This document shows positions 19,001 to 27,497 of a stretch of DNA of 32,691 nt, piece by piece (positions within the stretch are counted from its first letter, which is position 1; each line of letters opens with the position of its first letter). The DNA lies in NCBI GenBank assembly GCA_964646725.1, contig CAZYFX010000006.1, positions 1-32,691 of the forward strand, written 5' to 3'. A program made the translations under genes and the position numbers. The DNA comes from an uncultured Oscillospiraceae bacterium (GTDB lineage Bacteria; Bacillota; Clostridia; Oscillospirales; CAG-382). The notes beneath the pieces were generated by a model. The model made no database searches. It was given only the letters and a program-made list of their open reading frames with translations, and had not been told where the DNA came from.

Positions 19001-20427
19001 AAGCTTTCAAACGTGTCGAGTATTTCGCCGCCGCGGTACAGCACGGCGCCGATCTCGGTAATGGCGCAGTCTTTGACGGAAAGACCTGTCGTTTCGATGT
19101 CGAACACGCAAAAGGTATCGCTTTCGATGTTCGCTTTGCCATCGCCGAAAACAGCGGTGGCGGTATCGTCCACAAAATAGGCTTCAATGCCGTAGATGAT
19201 TTTGAAATCCGCGCCGACGCGCTCGGCTTCGGTCATGATCTCGGGATAGGCCTGCAAATTGCCGTGGTCGGTGATGGCAACGGCACTGTGTCCGAAGCGC
19301 GTGACCGTTTCGACCACGGCTTCGGGCGAAAAGGTGGAGTCCATGGTGGAGAGCGTGGTGTGCAAATGTAGCTCCACGCGCTTTTTCTCCGCATTGTCGG
19401 TCTTTTTTCGGCGTTTGATCAGCGCGATGGCAGTCGGCCGAATGACCGGGATGTTTTCAAACTTGTCTGTTTGCATACTGCCGCGAAGCATGACGGCAGC
19501 GCCGTCCTTGATCGCGCCGTAATCCTCGTCGCGCTCGGCGGGATAAATCCACTTGACCACGGCGGAGGAGTCGTTGTCGGTGACATAAAAGGAAACGATG
19601 TAGCGCTCCTCGTTGCGCGTCAGCTTTTTTTGAAAATTGAATACCACGCCGCACGCGGTGAAGTTTTCGGATTCGAGCGTCAGCTTGCGCAAAGGCGTAA
19701 CATCCAAACTTTTGATGCGCCCGAGAATGTCCTTGATTTCGGAAATGTCAAAGGTCATTTCGCCGACGCTTATGCGTGCGTGAAGGGAATCAATCTCGGT
19801 TTTGGTTTCGGTTTGCGCGACCGAATTGGCGATGGATGCTGCTTTTTCCGCCTGCTCACGCTCTGCCTCTTCGCGCGATGGCGGCGGAACGATGGGCGGC
19901 AGGGGAACAAGGTTGATATCCTCATAGCCGAGGCTGGTTACGCCGCAAAATTCGACCTTCATGTGCTTGCCGAACATACGGTACACCACGTCCGAGATCA
20001 GTTTGTCACAGCCGCCGTGCAAAAGTAAGCTCTTGCCGCCGTTTTTGAGCGATATGGACAGGGTATCGTCGGCGGCCGTGATGTCCGCGCCTTCAAGCGC
20101 CGTTTCGGCCCCGTCGAAAAAGCCCAGACCCTGGGCGGTCAGTCGGGCAAGCTCGTAAAAAACGGCTTCCATGTGCCCGATCTCGAACGGAGTGTTCGAA
20201 TACGACGGGTGTATGCACATGTAATTCAAGTCGTATGCGTCGGAAATGCCTTTTTCGATGCTTTCCAACTTCGACGGCGGAAAATAGCCGTCGAACGAGG
20301 CGTACACACCGATCATACGTTTGTCCACGTCCACCTTGGCGGTAAAATCGATGATGCGGTCGAGAAGAGCACGCTCCGCATCGGTCGGCGTGTATTTTCG
20401 AAATTTTTCGTAAAAGCTCATGGCCAT
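16060..20427 (-). CDS. polC: DNA polymerase III, PolC-type
   Basis: OB fold, PHP (ELHLHT, AITDHG) split by a DEDDh exonuclease (FDIETTG, HNASFD, HRAFEDA), GSRGSVGSS, CPKC zinc fingers, PDIDLNF, C-terminal clamp-binding QLTLF. ATG 20427 fits the RBS better than GTG 20436. Confidence 0.97.
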   Translation of the reverse strand: MAMSFYEKFRKYTPTDAERALLDRIIDFTAKVDVDKRMIGVYASFDGYFPPSKLESIEKGISDAYDLNYMCIHPSYSNTPFEIGHMEAVFYELARLTAQGLGFFDGAETALEGADITAADDTLSISLKNGGKSLLLHGGCDKLISDVVYRMFGKHMKVEFCGVTSLGYEDINLVPLPPIVPPPSREEAEREQAEKAASIANSVAQTETKTEIDSLHARISVGEMTFDISEIKDILGRIKSLDVTPLRKLTLESENFTACGVVFNFQKKLTRNEERYIVSFYVTDNDSSAVVKWIYPAERDEDYGAIKDGAAVMLRGSMQTDKFENIPVIRPTAIALIKRRKKTDNAEKKRVELHLHTTLSTMDSTFSPEAVVETVTRFGHSAVAITDHGNLQAYPEIMTEAERVGADFKIIYGIEAYFVDDTATAVFGDGKANIESDTFCVFDIETTGLSVKDCAITEIGAVLYRGGEILDTFESFVNPHMPISAKITELTGISDDMVADAPDISEVLPKFLAFAGDAVFVAHNASFDIGFIRHAAEQCSLPFTPTFVDTVALSRYCNDDLKKHTLDAVADYFGLGDFNHHRAFEDAHMLALIFEKLCGKLVGEGIHDLDGLISSMSGRCDPKKLKSYHQIILVKNQVGLKNLYKLVSYSYLDYFHRVPRIPKTVLAEHREGLIIGSACEAGELYQAVLAGKPWNELCEMAKFYDYLEIQPLGNNQFMIDNGTVAGKERLIELNETIIRLGDELNIPVVATGDVHFNEKSDGIYRKILLAGQKFKDADRDIPLYMRTTEEMLAEFDYLSPEKAYEVVVTNTNLIADQIEKIRPIPPGSFPPHMDGAEEELTSSCYELAKELYGDPLPEIVAKRLERELTPIIDHGFAVLYVIARRLIKYSEQNGYLVGSRGSVGSSFVATMAGISEVNPLVPHYRCPKCKYSEFFTDGSVGSGFDLPPKDCPKCGAAMVGDGHDIPFETFLGFKGDKSPDIDLNFSGDVQGKVHKYTEVLFGAENVFRAGTLGTLADKNAYGYVKRYLEERGLCVNKAEEQRLANGCTGVKKSTGQHPGGIVVIPKEYDVYDFTPVQHPADDPKSDIVTTHFAFKFLHDTILKLDLLGHDVPTKYKMMEKFSGLSVLDLPMNDPEVMELFISTKSIGVEPEDIDSEVATFGLPEFGTKFVRQMIVESKPKNFTDLLQISGLSHGTDVWLGNAQELIHNGTCTISEVIGTRDSIMTYLIHKGLDPSLAFNIMEITRKGKARSKLTPEMVEEMKRHDVPDWYIDSCFKIKYMFPKAHAVAYDMSALRLGWFKVHMPQVFYAAFLSVAPGGFDADIVTRGKEHIKSVLREIEAKGKEATQKETDMIATLQLCNEACARGFEFLRPDIKKSHAFHFLPEGEKGIRCPFSSMGGLGEAAAESLYNACRGEEILSVEDLRTRSQVSKAVIEILRKNGVLDDLNETNQLTLF

Positions 20428-20459
20428 GGCATACACTTCCTTGGCGGCAATGCGCCGTT

Positions 20460-21536
20460 TTATTCTTGATTCTTTTGTTCGTTATGTAAAGCTTCGGCTT
20501 CGGCCAGCAGTGTTTCGAAAATACGGTCGGACGGAATGCTGCGAACGATCTCGCCTTTTTTGAAAAGCAGAGCGTTCCCGTTGCCGCCGGCTACGCCCAG
20601 ATCGGCCTCTCTCGCTTCGCCCGGCCCGTTGACCGCACAGCCCATAACGGCAAGCGTCATGTCCCACGGCTTGTCCTTCAAGGCTTCCTCCAAACGTCGC
20701 GCCGTGTCGAACACATTGATGTTACAGCGTGAGCAGGTCGGGCAGGATACGATCCGCACCCCCTTGCGGAGTCCGAGCGCGAACAGGATATCCTTGGCGG
20801 CGGCGACCTCTTTGAGCACGTCGTCCGAGAGGGACACACGCACGGTATCACCGATGCCGTCGGCCAACAGCGACCCCAAACCGATACCGGATTTGATCAG
20901 CCCCATGCGTTCGGTGCCCGCTTCGGTCACGCCCAAATGAAGCGGATAGTCGGTCTGTGCCGCAAACAGACGATTGGCGGCAATGGTAGAGCGAACGTCG
21001 CTGGACTTGATGGACACGATGATGTCGTGAAAATCGAAGCGTTCGAGCAGACGGACATGGTATAAGGCGCTCTCGCACAGGGCTTCGGGCGTGGGAGAGC
21101 CGTATTTTGCCAAAATATGCTTTTCGAGCGAACCGCCGTTGACACCGATGCGAATAGGAATGCCGCGTGTTTTACAGGCGCGGACGACCTCGCGGACGCG
21201 CTCGTCATCCCCGATATTTCCGGGATTGATGCGTATTTTATCGATACCGTATTCGGCGGCCGAAAGAGCCAGACGATAGTTGAAATGAATATCCGCTACC
21301 AACGGCACATGTGTGTGCTCCTTTAAATAGGGAATGCTTGCCGCGCATTGTTCGTCCGGCACGGAAAAGCGCACGATCTCACAGCCGGCGCGCTCTAAAT
21401 CCAGAATTTGCGCAAGCGTCGCTTCTCGGTCATCCGTTTTGGTAAAGGTCATGGATTGGATGCTGATGGGCGCGTCGCCGCCGACGGTTAAGCTTCCGAC
21501 CTTGACCGCGCGTGTTTTTCTTCGGATGGTTGACAT
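20460..21536 (-). CDS. ispG: (E)-4-hydroxy-3-methylbut-2-enyl-diphosphate synthase
   Basis: ISIQSMT, VADIHF, RINPGN, RIGVNGGSL, HLGVTEAG, CPTCSR, MGCAVNGPGE. Confidence 0.97.
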   Translation of the reverse strand: MSTIRRKTRAVKVGSLTVGGDAPISIQSMTFTKTDDREATLAQILDLERAGCEIVRFSVPDEQCAASIPYLKEHTHVPLVADIHFNYRLALSAAEYGIDKIRINPGNIGDDERVREVVRACKTRGIPIRIGVNGGSLEKHILAKYGSPTPEALCESALYHVRLLERFDFHDIIVSIKSSDVRSTIAANRLFAAQTDYPLHLGVTEAGTERMGLIKSGIGLGSLLADGIGDTVRVSLSDDVLKEVAAAKDILFALGLRKGVRIVSCPTCSRCNINVFDTARRLEEALKDKPWDMTLAVMGCAVNGPGEAREADLGVAGGNGNALLFKKGEIVRSIPSDRIFETLLAEAEALHNEQKNQE

Positions 21537-21574
21537 GGCGATACCTCTTTTCTTGACGGTTTATGACAGTCGTT

Positions 21575-22633
21575 TTACTTGGTAAACAGGCGCAGAATAT
21601 CGTTGTAGGTGACGAACACCATGAGTCCCATGAGGAGTACCAGACCCGCCGCATGGATATAGCCCTCGTATTTCGGGGGAATGGGCTTGCCGCGAATCAG
21701 CTCGATGAGCATGAAAAACAGTCGGCCACCGTCGAGCGCGGGCAGAGGGAGAAGATTGACCATGCCCAAATTGAGTGTCAGCATGATGACCAAAAACAGA
21801 AAAGCGTCCCAGCCGATGGAAACGGTCTCCTTGACCTCGCCGATGACGCCGACCGGGCCGGACAGCGCTTCGGTTCCGTATTCGCCGCGCACGGTGTTCA
21901 GAATGGACGCCCAAAGCATACGGATGGAGCTGATCGACTGAAAATAGGATTGTCGAATCATTTCGGGAAGCGTCTTTTTTAATTCGGTCGTTTCGATAAA
22001 GCCCGCCTTGCCGAGTGTGATGCCGCTTTCGGTGTAGGTTTGGAAGCGAACGGACGGAATGACCACGGTCTTTCCGTCGCGGAACACCGTGATGTCGGTC
22101 GGCGTGTCTTTGAGAAACATGATCTCGTAAACAAAGTCGTTGCGTACATGGATCTTGCGGTTTCCGATTTTGGTGATGGTGTCACCGACGCGAATGCCGT
22201 ATACTTCATCGCATTCGACCCGTGCGCCGTTTTCGTCCACGACGTTGAAGCCGGACACGGTGGTGGAATACAAATGCGGCGAAATGCCGATGAACACCGC
22301 CATGAGCAGAAAGCCCAAGATCAGATTCATGACCGCTCCGGCCGCCACGATAATCATGCGCTGCCATACCGGCTTGCGGCAGAGCGCGTTCGGTTCGTCG
22401 CTCTCCTCGTCCTCGCCGATCATGCTGACAAAGCCGCCCATGGGGATGAGTCGAAGTGAATAGCGCACGCCGTCCTTACCGACGCGCGAAAGCACCTTCG
22501 GCCCCATGCCGACGGCAAATTCTTCGATGGCGACGTGAAAGGCCTTGGCGAACAGAAAATGCCCCGCTTCGTGAATGAGGATCAAAAGGCCGAACAGGAT
22601 AAGTCCCAACAGAATGTAGAGAAGCGTAGTCAA
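21575..22633 (-). CDS. rseP: Site-2 intramembrane metalloprotease (M50, RseP/RasP)
   Basis: HEAGH, FAVGMGP, PMGGFV, PDZ-like segment, NLLPLPALDGG; TTG start with RBS GGGAGGA. Confidence 0.94.
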   Translation of the reverse strand: MTTLLYILLGLILFGLLILIHEAGHFLFAKAFHVAIEEFAVGMGPKVLSRVGKDGVRYSLRLIPMGGFVSMIGEDEESDEPNALCRKPVWQRMIIVAAGAVMNLILGFLLMAVFIGISPHLYSTTVSGFNVVDENGARVECDEVYGIRVGDTITKIGNRKIHVRNDFVYEIMFLKDTPTDITVFRDGKTVVIPSVRFQTYTESGITLGKAGFIETTELKKTLPEMIRQSYFQSISSIRMLWASILNTVRGEYGTEALSGPVGVIGEVKETVSIGWDAFLFLVIMLTLNLGMVNLLPLPALDGGRLFFMLIELIRGKPIPPKYEGYIHAAGLVLLMGLMVFVTYNDILRLFTK

Positions 22634-22670
22634 GGCAAAGTCCTCCCGTGAAAAATAGATAGGTCGCTTT

Positions 22671-22706
22671 ATTATAGTATGATACGACTGCGGCGTTTTA
22701 TTTGAA
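22671..22706 (-). promoter_or_regulatory. Candidate promoter for rseP-ispG-polC
   Basis: Minus-strand TATAAT (22676-22671) overlapping CATACTA (22681-22675) in an AT-rich intergenic gap; no good sigmaA -35 at 17 bp. Confidence 0.45.
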
Positions 22707-22725
22707 CACTATGTTGATTTTATCT

Positions 22726-22755
22726 TTTTTATGTCTGACGTTCTTATGTCTGACG
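22726..22755. repeat. 15-bp tandem duplication spanning the U32 gene stop codon
   Basis: TTTTTATGTCTGACG (22726-22740) followed by TTCTTATGTCTGACG (22741-22755); 14 of 15 bases identical. Confidence 0.85.
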
Positions 22756-24000
22756 GTCCGCACCGCGTAAGATGTCGCCCTTTTTCATGGGCACGGTCAT
22801 TTTGACCGAATAGAGCATTTGCGGATGCGGTGCCGATTCGATGGGGCTTCCGTTTTCGTCCCTTAAATCGGTGAGCGTAAACGAAACCGAACTTTTTCCG
22901 GGGCTGACCAATTCGCAGGCCTGTCCTTCAAATGCCTTGTTGCGCTGGCAGAGAAGCGCACGACCGTTTGCTTCGTCCGTCTGTGCGACCGTAGCTAAAA
23001 AGGCCTTGTCGCGCAAGTATCCGCCGACGGGCGATATCTGTGCATTTTGCGAACAGTCATCGTAAAAATAGCCTGTGCCGTAAGTGCGGTGGCTGACGCT
23101 TTCCAGCTCGTACAGCGAAGCGGGGTCGAACGTATAGTCGCTCGGGTTTTCGCAATACGCGCAAAGCTCGTTTTTGTAGGTATTGGCGGTGACGGCGGTG
23201 TAGTAGGCGCTTTTGACTCGTCCTTCGATCTTGAAGCTGTCGATTCCCGCTTCCACCAGGTCGGGAATATGCTCGATCATGCAAATGTCTTTGGAGTTGA
23301 ACATAAACGTTCCCCGGTTGTTTTCCACGAGCGACAGCGGCATGTCGGGACGTTTGACCTCGCAGATGTCGAGTGCTTTTTCGTCGGGGTAGTATTCCCA
23401 ACGACAGGGTTGGGCACACCGACCGTGATTGGCGTCGCGCCCGGTGAAATAATTGGAGAGCAGACAGCGCCCCGAATAGGATACGCACATGGCGCCGTGA
23501 ACAAAAGCTTCAAGTTCCAGTTCGGACGGAATGTTCCGGCGGATGGTGCGAATTTCGGCAAGTGTCAGTTCGCGGGAAAGCACGATTCGCTTTGCTCCGA
23601 GAGAAGCATACAGCTTGCAGGCTTCCGAATTGACGGTACTTGCTTGGGTGGAGATGTGAAGCTCAATGTGCGGCGCAAGCTCCTTGGCAAGAGCAAGTAC
23701 CCCGAGATCGGAGACGATGAGCGCGTCGGGTTTTGCCTTGTTTTCCAAAAAGACAAGATAAGCGCGCAATGCTTCGAGCTCGTATTCGCGCGGCAGGACA
23801 TTGACGGTCACATACAGCTTCACGCCGTGTGCGTGACAGTAGGCTACGGCTTCGCACAGCTCCTCGTCCGAGAAATTTTCGGAGGCGGCGCGCATACCGA
23901 ACTCCTTTCCGGCCACATAGACCGCGTCGGCACCGTACAGCACGGCGAAGGTCAGCTTTTCAAAATTCCCGGCGGGAGACAGTATTTCGGGACGTTTCAT
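22744..24000 (-). CDS. Peptidase U32 family protein (TrhP-like, probable tRNA U34 hydroxylation)
   Basis: PEILSPAG, GADAVY, HISTQ, FVHGAMCVSYSGRCLLS, GRCAQPCR (four Fe-S cysteines), KIEGR, C-terminal beta-barrel. Confidence 0.93.
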   Translation of the reverse strand: MKRPEILSPAGNFEKLTFAVLYGADAVYVAGKEFGMRAASENFSDEELCEAVAYCHAHGVKLYVTVNVLPREYELEALRAYLVFLENKAKPDALIVSDLGVLALAKELAPHIELHISTQASTVNSEACKLYASLGAKRIVLSRELTLAEIRTIRRNIPSELELEAFVHGAMCVSYSGRCLLSNYFTGRDANHGRCAQPCRWEYYPDEKALDICEVKRPDMPLSLVENNRGTFMFNSKDICMIEHIPDLVEAGIDSFKIEGRVKSAYYTAVTANTYKNELCAYCENPSDYTFDPASLYELESVSHRTYGTGYFYDDCSQNAQISPVGGYLRDKAFLATVAQTDEANGRALLCQRNKAFEGQACELVSPGKSSVSFTLTDLRDENGSPIESAPHPQMLYSVKMTVPMKKGDILRGADRQT

Positions 24001-24041
24001 ACGATAGCAGAGTCCTTTCCTCTGTAAAAAGCGTTTGTGAT

Positions 24042-24084
24042 AAGAAAACAGGCGGTTTTACGCGCATAGGGTGCGAAAACCGCC
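24042..24084 (-). terminator. Intrinsic terminator downstream of mltG
   Basis: GGCGGTTTT (24051-24059) / AAAACCGCC (24076-24084) stem with further inner pairing, followed on the minus strand by TGTTTTCTT. Confidence 0.7.
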
Positions 24085-24092
24085 GTTCTCGG

Positions 24093-25688
24093 CTAATTGG
24101 CGTCGGAGGCGCTCGCCTTGTCGGCGTTGACCTTGTTCTGATGTTCTTCGAAGGTCTTGGAGTAGACCGTTTCGCCGTTTCGCTTGGTATAGAAATAATA
24201 GTAGGAGGTGGAATCGGGATACAGCGCGGCGTAGATGGCTTCAATACCGGGATTGCAAATCGGCCCGGGCGGCAGTCCCTTGTACTTGTAGGTGTTGTAG
24301 GGATTGTCGAGCGTGGTGTCCAATCCGTAGGGGCCGCTTCGCTCGGCTTGCGCATACTGGAGCGTGGCGTCGGAATTGAGGTAGGGGAAGCTTTCCGCAT
24401 GGTTCAAGCGGTTGTGGAACACCGAAGAAATGATATAGTAATCGCTCGGATTGTTTCCCTCTTTTTCGATGATGGAGGCAAGCGTGATGACTTCGTCCAC
24501 CGTCATGCCCAATTCGTCACAGCGCTCGTACAGTTCCGCTTCGAACTTGCGGTTGAAGTTGGTCAAGAACTTCCCGATGGCGGAAACCGGATTTTCGCCC
24601 AAGTAGAAGTCGTAGGTATCGGGGAACAGATAGCCCTCCAGACGGTAGCTGTAGGATGTGTCGAAGCGATATTCGGAAAGATTTTCTCTTGTGAGCGGTT
24701 CGCAGAATTTGTAATCGTAGACCTGCTCCTGGAGCGCTTCGAGAAAATCTTCCTTGCGGCCGACGCCGTTTTTGACGAGCAGATCGAGCGTTTCCTCCAC
24801 CGTCGAGCCCTCGGGAATGGTGATACGAACCGTTCCGCGCTGGGAGCGTACATAGGAGCTGAGTGTGTTGATGAGCGTGTCGTAATTCATCATCGGGTTG
24901 ACGGTGACCTCTCCGGTCAGATATTCGCCGGTCAGATACGAACGCTTGGATATGCGAAACTTGGCGAACAGCTCAAACACCCACGGGTGCTCGATCACAC
25001 CGGCGTCCTTTAAAATCTCGGCAACGTCGGCCGTCGTAGCGTTTTCGGGGAGAACGACCGTAACGTTCATATCTTCCCGCAAGGCGGCTACGGAATTTCC
25101 GTCGGCATCCTTTTTGACGAAAGCAAACACGTCGTTGCCGATGTCCACCGCCGTCGTGACCAAGAGAAAACAGCAGATCGCCACAAAGGCGAAATAGCCG
25201 ACAACCTTGACCACACCGAACGACGCGGAGCCCAAGAAGGACACCTTGTCGGATGGATCTTCCTTTTTTTTCTTATGCGGCTCGGCTGCGCCCCGATTGA
25301 AATCGTCTAAGCTGACGGTGCTTGCCGCGGGTGTGGCGGCGCTTCCCGAGAGCCTTCTTGCTTCGGAAGACGGTGCACGGTGCACGGTGCTTTCGGCAGA
25401 CGGCGTTTTGCGGTCGGGAAGCTTTGCCGTCTGTGAGCCCGTATGAATCGCGTCCATATCGACTTTGGTCGGTTCGGCACTCGGTGCGGGACGCTTCGGT
25501 ACGGATGCGGATGGTTTTTGAGAGGATGTGTTCGAAGGGGCTTCGGCGGAAAACGAAATGGAGGAATAGGAATGCGGCGCGGTGTCCGATGAATTTTTGT
25601 GGAATATTTTGATTACCTCGTCGATATCGTCTCCCGAACGGTCGGACGGGTCGGACGGTGCGCGGTTCAAATCTTTGTTTTCGTCCAT
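24093..25688 (-). CDS. mltG: Endolytic peptidoglycan transglycosylase with a long N-terminal cytoplasmic extension
   Basis: TM helix near residues 158-180; ITIPEG, LEGYLFPDTY, ASIIEKE (catalytic Glu), SVFHNRL, NPYNTY, GLPPGPICNPG. Confidence 0.94.
   Translation of the reverse strand: MDENKDLNRAPSDPSDRSGDDIDEVIKIFHKNSSDTAPHSYSSISFSAEAPSNTSSQKPSASVPKRPAPSAEPTKVDMDAIHTGSQTAKLPDRKTPSAESTVHRAPSSEARRLSGSAATPAASTVSLDDFNRGAAEPHKKKKEDPSDKVSFLGSASFGVVKVVGYFAFVAICCFLLVTTAVDIGNDVFAFVKKDADGNSVAALREDMNVTVVLPENATTADVAEILKDAGVIEHPWVFELFAKFRISKRSYLTGEYLTGEVTVNPMMNYDTLINTLSSYVRSQRGTVRITIPEGSTVEETLDLLVKNGVGRKEDFLEALQEQVYDYKFCEPLTRENLSEYRFDTSYSYRLEGYLFPDTYDFYLGENPVSAIGKFLTNFNRKFEAELYERCDELGMTVDEVITLASIIEKEGNNPSDYYIISSVFHNRLNHAESFPYLNSDATLQYAQAERSGPYGLDTTLDNPYNTYKYKGLPPGPICNPGIEAIYAALYPDSTSYYYFYTKRNGETVYSKTFEEHQNKVNADKASASDAN
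25370..25390. repeat. Perfect heptamer tandem repeat (ACGGTGC)x3 inside mltG
   Basis: ACGGTGC-ACGGTGC-ACGGTGC read directly at 25370-25390. Confidence 0.8.
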
Positions 25689-25727
25689 GAGAGCTCTCCT
25701 GTCGTGAAAATAGATAAAGGGGGGATA

Positions 25728-26579
25728 TTATTTTTCGATCTGTGCGATCAACTGTCTTCCGGCCGAGGCGGCGAAAGCAAGCGCCGGCTTCAACATACGG
25801 TTATCGAAAGCACGGATGGCAGTGATCTCCAGCGTCAGATCGCCGTCATAGCCGACAGCGGCCAGCGCGGATGTGATCTTATCCCACGGCAGATCACCGG
25901 TAAAGGGGATCATGTGGCGGTCGGCACGGTAATCGTTGTCGTGAATGTGTAATGCTTTAAGTAAACGGTTGTTCATTGCGCCGATTACTTGGTCGGGCTC
26001 GTAGCCGGTGATGGCGGAATGACCGACGTCCACGCAGATATCAAACCACGGCGAAGAAAGGCTTTCCACGAAAGCCATGTGCTCGTTCGGGTCGGAAAGA
26101 ATGGGGTCAAAGCCGCCCTCGGGTCGGGAGTTGAAGAGGTTTTCGACCGAGATGCGTATGCCGTATTCCTCGCAGAGCGGCAGAAAACTACGGTAAAAAT
26201 CGTAGTTGTAGGCCGCGAAATCGACTTTTTCGGAAAAGCGCTTGACGGCGTGGACGATGATGTTGTCCGCGCCCAAAACGGCGGCGGCTTCGACGGATCG
26301 AGCTAAGCGCTTATAGTTTTCGCTTGCGGAGGAAAAAGGCTCGCCGTATGCGAAATCGAACGGCGCATGTGCCTGGTTGCAGGAAATACCGACGGAATCG
26401 GCATAAGCACGGAGCACTTTGGCTTTTTCGCGGTAATCGTCCCCCAACATATCTTTTTCGGGACTCATCCAGTACATGGAATAGTCGAAGCTGTCGAAGC
26501 CTGCCTCGACCAGCATATCGAGCGCGGTTTTATCGTCGAAGCGTTCGCGCATGACATAAGTTTCGGTAGATAATCTCAT
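25728..26579 (-). CDS. Sugar phosphate isomerase/epimerase (xylose-isomerase-like TIM barrel)
   Basis: AGFD, QAHAPF, VEN, CVDVGH, LHIHDN, DRHMIP, GYDGDLTLE metal-binding pattern; RBS AAAGGAG. Confidence 0.88.
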   Translation of the reverse strand: MRLSTETYVMRERFDDKTALDMLVEAGFDSFDYSMYWMSPEKDMLGDDYREKAKVLRAYADSVGISCNQAHAPFDFAYGEPFSSASENYKRLARSVEAAAVLGADNIIVHAVKRFSEKVDFAAYNYDFYRSFLPLCEEYGIRISVENLFNSRPEGGFDPILSDPNEHMAFVESLSSPWFDICVDVGHSAITGYEPDQVIGAMNNRLLKALHIHDNDYRADRHMIPFTGDLPWDKITSALAAVGYDGDLTLEITAIRAFDNRMLKPALAFAASAGRQLIAQIEK

Positions 26580-26614
26580 AAATGAAGCACTCCTTTGAGG
26601 TTGTTTCGAAGCGG

Positions 26615-27493
26615 TCAGTCGTTTTCCCAGCGCGCGGTGCTACCTGCGGGGAGAATGGCGCCGGTCTGCGTGACGGGAATGCCGATCTCGCTTGCCGAAA
26701 CACGACCGCCGCGCTCGGCGCGTACATGTAATTCCAAAAGATAGCCCATGGTGGAGGCGGAAAGTCCGGCCGTATAAGAATTGATCAGCATGAACAGCGC
26801 GTTTTCGGACAAAAGGCTTGCGGCTAAAGCGGCAAGCTCATCCACGCCGTCCTCCAATTTCCACACCTCGCCGCCCGGCCCGCGTCCGTAAGAGGGCGGA
26901 TCCATGATGATGGCGTCATAGGTGTGGCCGCGCCGAATTTCGCGCTCGATGAATTTCTTGCAATCGTCCACAATGTAGCGAATGGGTGCATCGGCAAGTC
27001 CCGAAAGCGCCGCGTTTTCTTTTGCCCAAGCGACGATGCCTTTGGAAGCATCCACATGACAGACCGAAGCACCGGCCTTGGCACAGGCAAGCGTCGCGCC
27101 GCCGGTGTAGGCGAACAGATTGAGCACCGAGATCGGTCGGTCGGCTTTCTGTATTTTTTCGGTGACAAAATCCCAGTTGACCGCCTGCTCGGGGAAAACG
27201 CCCGTGTGCTTGAAGCCGGTCGGACGCACACAGAAGGACAGCCCCTTGCGGTCGATGCGCCAGCCCTTGTTCAAAAGATCGTTGTCGAGCGAACGGATGT
27301 CCCACGCGCCGCCGCCTTTGGTCGAGCGGTGATAGTGGGCGTTTGCCTTGCTCCAAAGAGGGGAGCGCCGCACGTTTTTCCATAAAATCTGCGGATCGGG
27401 ACGGATGAGAAGAACATCGCCCCAGCGTTCGAGCCGTTCACCGTCGGAGGTATCCAAAAGCTCGTAATTGTCAAATTCGGAGGTGTACCACAT
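26615..27493 (-). CDS. Class I SAM-dependent methyltransferase (RlmI/RlmK-like)
   Basis: YELLD..GERLERWG, FKHTGVFPEQ, VLNLFAYTGG, HVDAS, IIMDPPSYG. Confidence 0.9.
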   Translation of the reverse strand: MWYTSEFDNYELLDTSDGERLERWGDVLLIRPDPQILWKNVRRSPLWSKANAHYHRSTKGGGAWDIRSLDNDLLNKGWRIDRKGLSFCVRPTGFKHTGVFPEQAVNWDFVTEKIQKADRPISVLNLFAYTGGATLACAKAGASVCHVDASKGIVAWAKENAALSGLADAPIRYIVDDCKKFIEREIRRGHTYDAIIMDPPSYGRGPGGEVWKLEDGVDELAALAASLLSENALFMLINSYTAGLSASTMGYLLELHVRAERGGRVSASEIGIPVTQTGAILPAGSTARWEND

Positions 27494-27497
27494 ATTT

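Noticed and set aside
18163-19371. 402-aa plus-strand ORF
   Set aside because: Antisense shadow of polC with no recognisable motifs; expected from codon bias in GC-rich genes.
16060-20427. Possible intein in PolC (GyrA was checked as well)
   Set aside because: Both proteins are normal length with contiguous motifs; no intein ends or LAGLIDADG blocks were seen.
23047-25013. 326-aa and 394-aa plus-strand ORFs
   Set aside because: Antisense shadows of the U32 gene and mltG; no independent family signal.
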